From a virus: a stretch of DNA of 64,000 nucleotides. This document shows positions 55,801 to 63,799 of this stretch, piece after piece. Numbering within the stretch: the stretch's first letter is position 1; each line of letters starts with the position of its first letter. Location of the stretch: the UHGV virus genome UHGV-1550212; one strand, written 5' to 3'. The notes under the pieces are model-generated. The model ran no database searches. It saw nothing but the letters and a program-made list of their open reading frames with translations, and was not told where the DNA came from. The position numbers and the translations under genes are program-made.

Positions 55801-56967
55801 TTATCTTGCATGACCACAGTCATCTGCAAGCAGTTTAGCATGACCGCAGTCATATACTGCAACATAACCGACGTCAATCATCTCTTGTTCATCTTGACCG
55901 ATATCTTCAATATGTTCTTTTGTCTTCAAATGACACCAGTGCTTATGAATGGTTGACTTGTCATCTGACAACTGCGGGTTGAGCGCGAAGTCAGCTGAGT
56001 CTACTTGTTCACCTGCAAGATGCTTTCTAATGGCGTCAATGACTTCGTTGTCATCCATCCATTCGAATATTGTAATGCAAGTGTAGCCATGCTTAAGAGC
56101 AAGTTGAGTTTTGTCGAAGTGGTAGAATTTGCCAACTGGCTTATTGTGTTTTGTGCGCCCAGTTAAATATGCAAAGCCATATGTTGCATTGTGTGACCAA
56201 AGAGGATTAACTTCAATCAAAAGTTTGCAGTATTCATTACAATAGTCAAGGTCATATGACCATCGCCCAAGATTGACATTATCAAGCCCGCAATCAATAC
56301 CAAGTTCTTGCAGCAATTTGTCGTGCCACCAATGGTTTGCTCGTGATTTTACATGACCTTGAGCATCACGGCATTTAGTAGTCATACAAAACCATGGCAC
56401 ACCATGTCGTTCCATATTGACTTCTTGAACGCGTTCAAGATTGCCGCTCTTATTGCCATAACGTTGCTGTTTTGTTTGCAATGCAGCATCAATATTGCCC
56501 CATGCATTGCCATATCGTTTTACAACAGTTTGTTTGCGTTTTTCAACATCACAGCACTTATTGCCATATTTACGCAATTTAGTGTCAAATGCTTTTTGTG
56601 TATTGCCTATGCCACGTTTGCCCCATTTGCGCTCTTTGCCTTGTTGACATCGTTCTTGGTCACCCCATGTGCTGCCATATCGTTCTAAATTTGTTTGTCT
56701 ACGTTTTTCAACATTGCCTGCTTTGCATCCATGTCGTGCTAAATTTGTTTGTTGTTGTTTAGCTACGCAATCTTTGTTACGTGCAGGAAATTCAACGCCT
56801 AATGAACGTAGACAGCCAATTCTACGATTATAATTACGTTTAATATTGCCGTGTGATGTTTTACAAGGCCCATATCTTACAAACTCAGTTGTTCTCAACA
56901 ACTCATCTCGCTCTTGCTCAAGCTCTGCAATGCGCTTCTCAAGAGCTTCACCAGTTAGTGGCGTCAT
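55801..56967 (-). CDS. tandem-repeat protein (RYG/KYG units) with C-terminal nuclease-like domain; paralog of 1777..2976
   Basis: Same architecture: LTGEALEKRIAELEQERDELL coiled coil, repeats (ARHGCKAG, ERYGSTWG, KYGNKCC, RYGNAWG, RYGNKSG), C-terminal LLIEVNP...H. Confidence 0.55.
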   Translation of the reverse strand: MTPLTGEALEKRIAELEQERDELLRTTEFVRYGPCKTSHGNIKRNYNRRIGCLRSLGVEFPARNKDCVAKQQQTNLARHGCKAGNVEKRRQTNLERYGSTWGDQERCQQGKERKWGKRGIGNTQKAFDTKLRKYGNKCCDVEKRKQTVVKRYGNAWGNIDAALQTKQQRYGNKSGNLERVQEVNMERHGVPWFCMTTKCRDAQGHVKSRANHWWHDKLLQELGIDCGLDNVNLGRWSYDLDYCNEYCKLLIEVNPLWSHNATYGFAYLTGRTKHNKPVGKFYHFDKTQLALKHGYTCITIFEWMDDNEVIDAIRKHLAGEQVDSADFALNPQLSDDKSTIHKHWCHLKTKEHIEDIGQDEQEMIDVGYVAVYDCGHAKLLADDCGHAR

Positions 56968-57719
56968 TTCACTTCAGGTTTTGCTTGCTTGGCCAACTCA
57001 GCTTCAGCATTGAACTCTTTGCCCTCAGCTTTCATTGTTTCAGCATAAGTCTTTTCATCAGTGTAACGTTCTACGCCATCACCAAGCAGTTTTGCAACTT
57101 CATCATCTGCTTCAAACAATGGCTGTGGATTGTCATCATTGTCATCTTTGAGTTGCTCAAATGTGCTGTTATGCTTTTCTGCAATTTTGATGAGGTCAAC
57201 GATTGAACGAGTTACGAGTTCACCATTGATGCCTGACTGTTGTTCAGATTGACCAGTGCCTTGTTGCAATTCTGCTTGAGTTGCTCGAACATTATTATTG
57301 AGTGATGCAAGTACATTGGGAAGAGTTCGACAATATGATATATATTGCTGAACCAACGACATTGCATCATTCTGCAGTTTGATGAGAAACGCAAACTCAC
57401 CCATGCCTCCGCCTTGTGCATCAATGCGCTCGAATACTGAATCAAGTGCATGCATTGCATAGAACACTTGTTTGCAAAGTAAATTGATGTTTGTCTTCTC
57501 CATCTCAATTGATGCATCGATAAATGGCGACTTAACATCTGCTGCTATGCACAATTTGCGAACTTCATCAACGTATTTTGAACACTTGTCAAGTGTCTTG
57601 TCAAGTTTGCTTCGGTCAAACTGCTTGTAAACTTCTAACGCATCGCTTACTTCTGCAGCATCCAATATTGCATTTGCTGCAGCCAATTCTGATTCTCTGC
57701 TCATCTCAAAATGGTCCAA
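56964..57719 (-). CDS. hypothetical acidic protein
   Basis: 251-aa ORF with ATGA overlap to the upstream gene. Confidence 0.45.
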   Translation of the reverse strand: MDHFEMSRESELAAANAILDAAEVSDALEVYKQFDRSKLDKTLDKCSKYVDEVRKLCIAADVKSPFIDASIEMEKTNINLLCKQVFYAMHALDSVFERIDAQGGGMGEFAFLIKLQNDAMSLVQQYISYCRTLPNVLASLNNNVRATQAELQQGTGQSEQQSGINGELVTRSIVDLIKIAEKHNSTFEQLKDDNDDNPQPLFEADDEVAKLLGDGVERYTDEKTYAETMKAEGKEFNAEAELAKQAKPEVK

Positions 57720-58315
57720 GCTTCAATAATTGCTGAAAAATCTTCAAATGACATCGTAGTATAGCCTGCGTCGCCCCAAGATACACCCCAGCTATTCTTG
57801 ATGATGAATGCGTCTTTTGTGTAGCCCACAATTGACACTGCATGACCACCAAAATTACCATCGCCTTTCCAGAAATGCTCAGCTTCAATGTCTTTTACGA
57901 GCATGCCAACAAATACAGGCCCATTTGCCACAACAGCAGATTTGACTTCATCAATTGTGTAACAACGTCTATATGCAGTTATTGGCAATTGCTCTGAGCC
58001 CTTTGACATCTTGATTGGCTGCGCTTTGAGCAACTTAAAGACGTCACGTGGAATCATGCCCTCTTGAGGCGCATTTGAACGACGCTCATACAATGCTTTG
58101 ATGTCAAGCTTGCCTTGCATAGACAGCACAGAAGACCACCAGTCAATCATTGTTGCTGCTGTGTAAGCTGCACACATTGATGTACTGCCTTGGTCTTCTA
58201 CTTGAAGTTGAGCCAACTTGTACACAAGTGGCAAATCAGTTTTTGCATCAAAACGCAAGTCTCTGTCATCTTTAGGTGACTGGATGTAGCCCAGTCCATA
58301 TGTTGTATGTTTCAT
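57701..58315 (-). CDS. papain-like (C1 family) cysteine peptidase
   Basis: Catalytic-triad contexts QGSTSMCAAY (Cys), GGHAVSIVGY (His), IKNSWGVSWGDAGY (Asn-Ser-Trp). Confidence 0.65.
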   Translation of the reverse strand: MKHTTYGLGYIQSPKDDRDLRFDAKTDLPLVYKLAQLQVEDQGSTSMCAAYTAATMIDWWSSVLSMQGKLDIKALYERRSNAPQEGMIPRDVFKLLKAQPIKMSKGSEQLPITAYRRCYTIDEVKSAVVANGPVFVGMLVKDIEAEHFWKGDGNFGGHAVSIVGYTKDAFIIKNSWGVSWGDAGYTTMSFEDFSAIIEAWTILR

Positions 58316-58330
58316 ATCAGATAATGTATC

Positions 58331-58603
58331 TCATTGCTCATGCCAGTGCCTTGTCAAGTCAAACATTGCTTCACGTTGCGCCTTTGTGCATTTCGTAGTA
58401 CCTTCCACAGCTGTAATATCGAATGTAGCATAATTGCTCAAGTTCTGCAACTGGGTCATATGCAAGACTAATTGGCATATTGTATGCGTCAACAACTCTG
58501 GTTTGAGCTTTTGCAACAATATGTCAGCAGTTTTGCTATGTTCAGCAAAGTCACAGTAGGTGACTTGGCCTGATGGGCTTAACCAGCAAGATTGCATTGT
58601 CAT
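58331..58603 (-). CDS. hypothetical small protein
   Basis: 90-aa ORF. Confidence 0.35.
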   Translation of the reverse strand: MTMQSCWLSPSGQVTYCDFAEHSKTADILLQKLKPELLTHTICQLVLHMTQLQNLSNYATFDITAVEGTTKCTKAQREAMFDLTRHWHEQ

Positions 58604-58974
58604 TCATTTGGTTGAGGCTCAATTCGCATAACTACACGCACAGAATCTCTGTAAGGATACACTGATGCGACAATCAAATACCAACGTTTGTTGTCAACTT
58701 TGCCATTTGACTTAATGTATGGCGCTGAAGTAGTAATGTATCGAGCATGTTTGAATGTCGTATCTACTCTTGCAACAAGACAGGTAGAATCAGTCACTTG
58801 AGCATGCCACACATCAATTTCTGGTAAATACGTGTTATGAGCATTGCATACACTATCAACAAATTCTCGTGGTTGCAAAGTGACAGTTGACACATATGTT
58901 GGCTTAACTGCAGCGCATGCAATGCATACAATTGCAATGAACAACAATGTAAATCGTTTCATATTCTTAGACAT
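58600..58974 (-). CDS. putative lipoprotein
   Basis: N-terminal MKRFTLLFIAIVCIACAA signal with lipobox-like Cys. Confidence 0.45.
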   Translation of the reverse strand: MSKNMKRFTLLFIAIVCIACAAVKPTYVSTVTLQPREFVDSVCNAHNTYLPEIDVWHAQVTDSTCLVARVDTTFKHARYITTSAPYIKSNGKVDNKRWYLIVASVYPYRDSVRVVMRIEPQPNE

Positions 58975-59236
58975 TTTGTAGTTCTACAATATCATATCGC
59001 TTATGCAATTCAGACCAGTCATGAACGTAGCCTGTCATAAAGACGTGCAACATGTGTGGCTTGTTGTCAGCATACTTGACTGCACCTGCAGCATCTTTGA
59101 TTTGCTTGGCTGTTAGCCAAACTTCTGCATTGTTGTTTGCATACACGCAACGATACACCGGTTCTGATAATTCAGTCACTGTGATTTTCTTGCCATTGCG
59201 AAGTATGCATCGTACTTGTTTGTCCATTGCTTGCAA
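58967..59236 (-). CDS. hypothetical small protein
   Basis: 89 aa; shares a C-terminal GYV..W.EL...Y pattern with 59551..59745. Confidence 0.4.
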   Translation of the reverse strand: MQAMDKQVRCILRNGKKITVTELSEPVYRCVYANNNAEVWLTAKQIKDAAGAVKYADNKPHMLHVFMTGYVHDWSELHKRYDIVELQNV

Positions 59237-59257
59237 TTTATGATATTGTTAAGATAT

Positions 59258-59554
59258 CTACAAAAAGCAATACACCATAAAACCCAAGAACATAATTATT
59301 GCAGGCTGCATGATGCAATACATAAAGAAGTGTGCAGCAATCGGCAATTCACTGAACTTGTTAAATGCGTCATGATTCTTGAACAATGTCAGTACAAATG
59401 ATATCCCAATTGCATGCTTAAGCGATAACGCAGTCAATGCGGGCCACACAGGCATCACAAACCACTCCCAGAAGTTCATAATAATGCAGCCATTCAGAAT
59501 GTAGCCTAACAGCATGAACATAATGCATGCAACAGTTGTCAGAAAGTTTTTCAT
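59258..59554 (-). CDS. membrane protein
   Basis: 98 aa, three hydrophobic helices. Confidence 0.4.
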   Translation of the reverse strand: MKNFLTTVACIMFMLLGYILNGCIIMNFWEWFVMPVWPALTALSLKHAIGISFVLTLFKNHDAFNKFSELPIAAHFFMYCIMQPAIIMFLGFMVYCFL

Positions 59555-59745
59555 ATACGCTCAAGTTTTATGATGTCAGTTCTTAATGATTTGTATACAG
59601 CAAATAATTCAGTCCAGCCTCGTACATAACCAACGCCGATTACATGCAATGCGTGTGCATCTGGTTTTGTATGGCAATGTCTTGCATGAGGCTGCTGTTC
59701 AAGTTCTGCTTGTGTAAGATAAACCTTTGATGTGTCATCATACAC
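59551..59745 (-). CDS. hypothetical small protein
   Basis: 64-aa ORF; track start is GTG, true start uncertain; weak paralog of 58967..59236. Confidence 0.3.
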   Translation of the reverse strand: MYDDTSKVYLTQAELEQQPHARHCHTKPDAHALHVIGVGYVRGWTELFAVYKSLRTDIIKLERI

Positions 59746-59972
59746 AAAGCATGGAAATACTGGCTATGCAAGTTCTGTTATGTCAATGTCTTGGCCATTA
59801 GATAGCCTTGCAAGATATAATGTGTTAGTTTGCATATTACATTGAGATATTAAGAATTCGCTTGACTACAGAATCGATATCATTGTTTACAGAATTGCGC
59901 AGTTACATGTGAACATTAGAATCAATGAACAAGTTATGAAACGTTGACGCAGCTTGAACAACTTGTTCGATT

Positions 59973-60263
59973 TTATGCTCGTACGAGTTTGATGACACAG
60001 TGCCGACAAGCTGCAAAAGTACTCAATATTGTTTCTACTTTGACACTGTACTGCACGTCAATGACACGATATGTGCCACACAATGCAGACATTTCTTGAC
60101 GACGTTCTGCAGGTACATTGACACTGTCTGTCAAATTGATGATTGCGCCAATCTGCATAGATGACATGACTGCAAATTGTTCGGGACCTACTTCTGCTTT
60201 GCGATATGCGACTTGTTTGTTGTTTTCGCAAATGCTGAATGCTACTATATAATCTGGTGTCAT
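59973..60263 (-). CDS. hypothetical small protein
   Basis: 96-aa ORF. Confidence 0.35.
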   Translation of the reverse strand: MTPDYIVAFSICENNKQVAYRKAEVGPEQFAVMSSMQIGAIINLTDSVNVPAERRQEMSALCGTYRVIDVQYSVKVETILSTFAACRHCVIKLVRA

Positions 60264-60275
60264 GATAGTCGCGTT

Positions 60276-60755
60276 TTATTCATTATCGTCATCATATCCT
60301 ATGCAATCTTCAAGACTTGCAAAGTCATCATCAAAGTCATCGAATTCAGGCTCTTTATTGCACCATTTGTAAGGTGGATTGTTGAGCAATTCAAGCTCTA
60401 TTGCATTTGACTGTGCAGAAATCGGAACATATTCGAATGCTTTGACTGACATGTTAAATTTGATACAATGCAGCCACGGAAACATATCAGTGTCCTCATG
60501 CACAATTGGCTGACGAACGTAGTCTTTCATTGCAATGAACTTGCTGCTGTCGTCCCAGTCTTCAATAGGTATTTCAAACTGCGATATGACAGTATGACAG
60601 CTTTCAAAGAAATTGCAGGATACACCTACAATAACATGAGAGTCTGTACGTTGGCGTTCTATTGCAAGAAAGTCATATTTCTTAGAAAGACGAACTTCTC
60701 CATGCTTCTCTAAGAAGATTTTAAGAAGCTCTTTGTTAATGTCGTTGATGTTCAT
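60276..60755 (-). CDS. hypothetical protein with strongly acidic C-terminus
   Basis: 159 aa ending EFDDFDDDFASLEDCIGYDDDNE. Confidence 0.45.
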   Translation of the reverse strand: MNINDINKELLKIFLEKHGEVRLSKKYDFLAIERQRTDSHVIVGVSCNFFESCHTVISQFEIPIEDWDDSSKFIAMKDYVRQPIVHEDTDMFPWLHCIKFNMSVKAFEYVPISAQSNAIELELLNNPPYKWCNKEPEFDDFDDDFASLEDCIGYDDDNE

Positions 60756-60777
60756 TGTTGTAGAGATTTTAAGTTGT

Positions 60778-61089
60778 TTAATGCCGAGTTTTTGCAGATA
60801 TAGCTACTTTAATTGTTGCTTTAATTTGTTCGATTGCATCTTGTGAGAACAATTCTGACACTGCTAAATAGTGATACCATGATGTTGGCGCTGCCTGCAT
60901 ATCAGTTCGTTTAATTGCGAACCGAAGTTCTTTTGGTGAACCAAGGCAACCCATATATTGGCAGCTTATTAGCTTAACTTGCACATTGTTAATGCTGCTA
61001 TGAATAGCAAGATGAGACAGATTTATTCTGTCATAGAATTTTAGATGCTTGAGTTGTTTTTCAATTGCTTTGAATGTGTTTGTGTTCAT
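60778..61089 (-). CDS. hypothetical protein
   Basis: 103-aa ORF with promoter at 61128-61156 and the shared initiation context. Confidence 0.4.
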   Translation of the reverse strand: MNTNTFKAIEKQLKHLKFYDRINLSHLAIHSSINNVQVKLISCQYMGCLGSPKELRFAIKRTDMQAAPTSWYHYLAVSELFSQDAIEQIKATIKVAISAKTRH

Positions 61090-61127
61090 TGTTGTAGAGG
61101 TTTTATATCATATATTGATATATGATA

Positions 61128-61156
61128 ATTATACTACAACAATCATAAATTTGCAC
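61128..61156 (-). promoter_or_regulatory. sigma70-like promoter (GTGCAA-N17-TATAAT)
   Basis: Consensus -10; upstream of 60778..61089, in the divergent region shared with the plus-strand genes. Confidence 0.5.
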
Positions 61157-61255
61157 TAATTTAATATATATAATATGTCAATAAATTTCACATACAAAAG
61201 TCTTTTCGCTTATGAAAACTACTCAACTCTGGTTTGAACGCCAGCAGTCAATCGC

Positions 61256-61262
61256 GGGGGGG
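61256..61262 (+). repeat. homopolymeric G7 tract separating upstream ATG from the main ORF
   Basis: ATG at 61212 and ORF 61280..61912 are in different frames across this tract. Confidence 0.8.
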
Positions 61263-61279
61263 CTCTTCGTGACACAGGC

Positions 61280-61912
61280 GTGCACATATATGTGCGTGAC
61301 AATGCTGATAACATTGTTAATGGGTTAGCTTGCTATTTACACTGTATTGAAACAGGGCGAACACTTCAAAGAGGCTTGTATACAAGCAATAATGGTGATG
61401 GCGTCACATTTTACATAACTGGTGATGACTATAAGCAATTAGTCGGTTCAACAAAAGATGCACAGTTTTATCTTATTGACACACCTGATGCTGCAAATAT
61501 GTCTTGGTTATCTGTAGCATTTACACTTAGATATGGCGCAGATATTGCTAACAACACACTAAATGTCAATATTGAAGCGTTCAAATCATGCGAAGTAACA
61601 ATAACTAACAGTGGCAATACATGCAGTTGCACCGCAATGCTTGAATGCAAGTTGCCAGCGGCAATTAAACTGTCAACAATTTGCAATACATCAGTAGCAT
61701 CTAATGTCAATGTGTCAGTTAATATAACAGCAAATAGCTTGGCTGCTAATTTTAGAGTTGGCAATAGCTTATCTGCAAAATTGACACATGTCGGCATATG
61801 GTCTATTGCTAATGCTTCTTATGTTTCACCAATATATGAGGGCGCTATAATTGTAAGAACACTGTCTGACATATTTCATGTGTTCATAACAGATAATACA
61901 ACACTTGCCTAA
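61280..61912 (+). CDS. hypothetical protein; likely phase-variable (5' ATG at 61212 is out of frame across a G7 tract)
   Basis: Track ORF starts at a GTG; an upstream ATG (61212) reads MKTTQLWFERQQSIAGG through the G7 run at 61256-61262 and stops at 61328; one extra G would fuse it to this ORF. Confidence 0.4.
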   Translation: MHIYVRDNADNIVNGLACYLHCIETGRTLQRGLYTSNNGDGVTFYITGDDYKQLVGSTKDAQFYLIDTPDAANMSWLSVAFTLRYGADIANNTLNVNIEAFKSCEVTITNSGNTCSCTAMLECKLPAAIKLSTICNTSVASNVNVSVNITANSLAANFRVGNSLSAKLTHVGIWSIANASYVSPIYEGAIIVRTLSDIFHVFITDNTTLA

Positions 61913-61937
61913 GTTTTTAACATAAACTCCTCAAATC

Positions 61938-62435
61938 ATGAACATTACAATGAACTGGGGGGGCTCTAAATTAGTCTACCTGCAGCTTGTTATTGGTGAT
62001 GCTTCATTGTACAACTTTGGCACTACTGAAACAATGGCGATACAAGGTACAATATCGCTTGACAATGTGGCAGTTAACATACCAACGTCAGGCTTTCCTA
62101 TCAAAATGATGGAATGCCGCGGTGGTGAAACTTACGCCATTGGTGCGTTAATGATGCCAAAAGCTTATGACTACTCAAACTTTGCTGCAAAAATTGGCTT
62201 TGGCTGTTATGCAGCAGATGGCCGTGGCACCGGCAATATTTACAACATCAATGCGTATGCCAACATCAACAGCACAAGCCCTGGTGGCAATCCTATACTG
62301 TTAACTTCTATGGCATGGCAGTATCCATTGGGTGTTGGTGATAAGTTTACATTGCCAATGTCAAACCCATCTGTCAAAGTTAACAATGGAGATATCGTGT
62401 CAATCATACTTAAGAATGCAAAGAAAGTCAGCTAA
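61938..62435 (+). CDS. hypothetical protein with 5' poly-G tract (in frame)
   Basis: MNITMNWGGS...; G7 run at 61957-61963 in codons 7-9; followed by a plus-strand terminator. Confidence 0.5.
   Translation: MNITMNWGGSKLVYLQLVIGDASLYNFGTTETMAIQGTISLDNVAVNIPTSGFPIKMMECRGGETYAIGALMMPKAYDYSNFAAKIGFGCYAADGRGTGNIYNINAYANINSTSPGGNPILLTSMAWQYPLGVGDKFTLPMSNPSVKVNNGDIVSIILKNAKKVS
61957..61963 (+). repeat. homopolymeric G7 tract in 5' coding region
   Basis: Codons 7-9 (W-G-G) of 61938..62435. Confidence 0.8.
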
Positions 62436-62461
62436 CTGACAAACGCATCACATATAAGCAA

Positions 62462-62495
62462 TGCACCACTGAGATTTCTCAGTGGTGCATTTTTA
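62462..62495 (+). terminator. intrinsic terminator
   Basis: 13-bp stem TGCACCACTGAGA/TCTCAGTGGTGCA with 2-nt loop, followed by TTTTT; downstream of 61938..62435. Confidence 0.65.
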
Positions 62496-62500
62496 TGTTA

Positions 62501-62552
62501 TTTGCAAGTGGAGTTGTCACCCACCTCAGCACAATTTGGCGACCTCATTGAT
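62501..62552. repeat. 52-bp direct repeat, copy 1
   Basis: TTTGCAAGTGGAGTTGTCACCCACCTCAGCACAATTTGGCGACCTCATTGAT; identical except one base to 62586-62637. Confidence 0.75.
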
Positions 62553-62585
62553 GTTAATAAACATCATTCAGTGGTTGATGACTTG

Positions 62586-62637
62586 TTTGCATGTGGAGTT
62601 GTCACCCACCTCAGCACAATTTGGCGACCTCATTGAT
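62586..62637. repeat. 52-bp direct repeat, copy 2
   Basis: TTTGCATGTGGAGTTGTCACCCACCTCAGCACAATTTGGCGACCTCATTGAT; period 85 bp; in the convergent intergenic region 62496-62737. Confidence 0.75.
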
Positions 62638-62737
62638 AGTGCGTTGATGGCGAATTTTACACGACATCTATATACTTTAATGTACCAACCTAAGCATACG
62701 ATGATCTATATGCAAAAGTAAGAATTTTAAGTATTTA

Positions 62738-62771
62738 TACAATAAAAGCGACCCAAATCATTAGGTCGCTT
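62738..62771 (-). terminator. intrinsic terminator
   Basis: 8-bp stem AAGCGACC/GGTCGCTT with 10-nt loop and U-rich tail on the minus strand; downstream of the BNR lipoprotein gene. Confidence 0.5.
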
Positions 62772-62797
62772 CTTATATATTCCACCATTAAAACTGG

Positions 62798-63799
62798 CTA
62801 TTTTGCTGGCACAGCAATTATTCCACTTGGAACAGTTGTTATAATGCCTCCATTTTCATCTTTAACTATTTCTGTGGGTGTCCATGTTTCACCATCTATT
62901 GATGTTGTTATCATATTAACATATTTGGAATAACTATTATTCCAAGAACGGCCGACAGCAATAAACATTTCACCATTATATATGACATCCATCCAATTAC
63001 CATTAACATCTGTGGTGAATTTTGTCCAAGTTTGTCCATCATTGGATGTAAAAATATGCCCGTTAGAACTACTACATACGAATTTACCATTGCCAAACGC
63101 CATTCCATATCCTATAAGCATACTCGACGGTACTGCATATTTTGACCAAGTTGTACCATCAGTAGACACTCCAATATATGTACTACCATTGCCCATTGTA
63201 ACAAACCTGCCATTGCCATACGCAATTGACAACAAACCGTGACTTGAATCAAACCATTTCGGCGTTGTCCAACTTGTCCCATTGGCGGAGGTTGATATAC
63301 GGCCACTACTACCAACCACTACGAATTTACTATTACCGTATGCAATATCAGCCCAATTATATGTAGCAGAGGAATCTACTTTATAAGTTGTCCAATTTGT
63401 ACCATCAGTGGATACTGCGATATAACTATATTGGCCACAGACAACAAATTTTCCATTCGCATATATAATTCCATTCCATGTATAAGAAGAACCTGCTATT
63501 TGTTTCGGCGTTGTCCAATTCACGCCATCGGTTGACGTTGTTACATATCCATTCGCACCAACAGCTACGTATTTTCCATTACCATATGCAATGGCATTCC
63601 AACCATTTGTACCAACTACTGCCATAATGTTTTCTTCGATTTTAATTGTTCTTAAATCTTCGGTCAACGGCGGAGTAGTCGGTTCTTCCGGCTTTTCAAT
63701 AGGTGGTTCTACCGGCTCATCAAATCCCCCCCCGTCATTTTTCTCGCAGGATGCACACATCCAAGCACATACCGCAATGCAAATCATCTTTTTAATCAT
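62798..63799 (-). CDS. BNR/Asp-box repeat (beta-propeller-like) lipoprotein with 5' poly-G tract
   Basis: Lipoprotein-type signal MIKKMICIAVCAWMCASC; six repeats each with S-x-D-G-x-x-W-T (STDGVNWT, STDGTNWT, VSTDGTTWS...); G8 run at 63726-63733 encodes NDGGGF. Confidence 0.6.
   Translation of the reverse strand: MIKKMICIAVCAWMCASCEKNDGGGFDEPVEPPIEKPEEPTTPPLTEDLRTIKIEENIMAVVGTNGWNAIAYGNGKYVAVGANGYVTTSTDGVNWTTPKQIAGSSYTWNGIIYANGKFVVCGQYSYIAVSTDGTNWTTYKVDSSATYNWADIAYGNSKFVVVGSSGRISTSANGTSWTTPKWFDSSHGLLSIAYGNGRFVTMGNGSTYIGVSTDGTTWSKYAVPSSMLIGYGMAFGNGKFVCSSSNGHIFTSNDGQTWTKFTTDVNGNWMDVIYNGEMFIAVGRSWNNSYSKYVNMITTSIDGETWTPTEIVKDENGGIITTVPSGIIAVPAK
63726..63733 (-). repeat. homopolymeric G8 tract (coding strand) in 5' coding region
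   Basis: C8 on plus strand; encodes GGG just after the lipoprotein signal peptide of 62798..63799. Confidence 0.8.

Noticed and set aside
3490-61156. Bacteroidetes-type promoters (TTTG at -33 and TAnnTTTG at -7)
   Set aside because: The recurrent intergenic motif does not fit this pattern on either strand; it fits a sigma70-like -35/-10 pair with 17-nt spacing instead, so no host assignment was made.
62501-62637. CRISPR array
   Set aside because: Only two repeat copies, 52 bp long with a fixed 33-bp spacer and no adjacent cas genes; not a CRISPR array.
62482-62721. Plus-strand ORF (79 aa) in the convergent intergenic region
   Set aside because: It is made up almost entirely of the two 52-bp direct repeats and starts inside the downstream terminator region; more likely non-coding repeat DNA than a gene.
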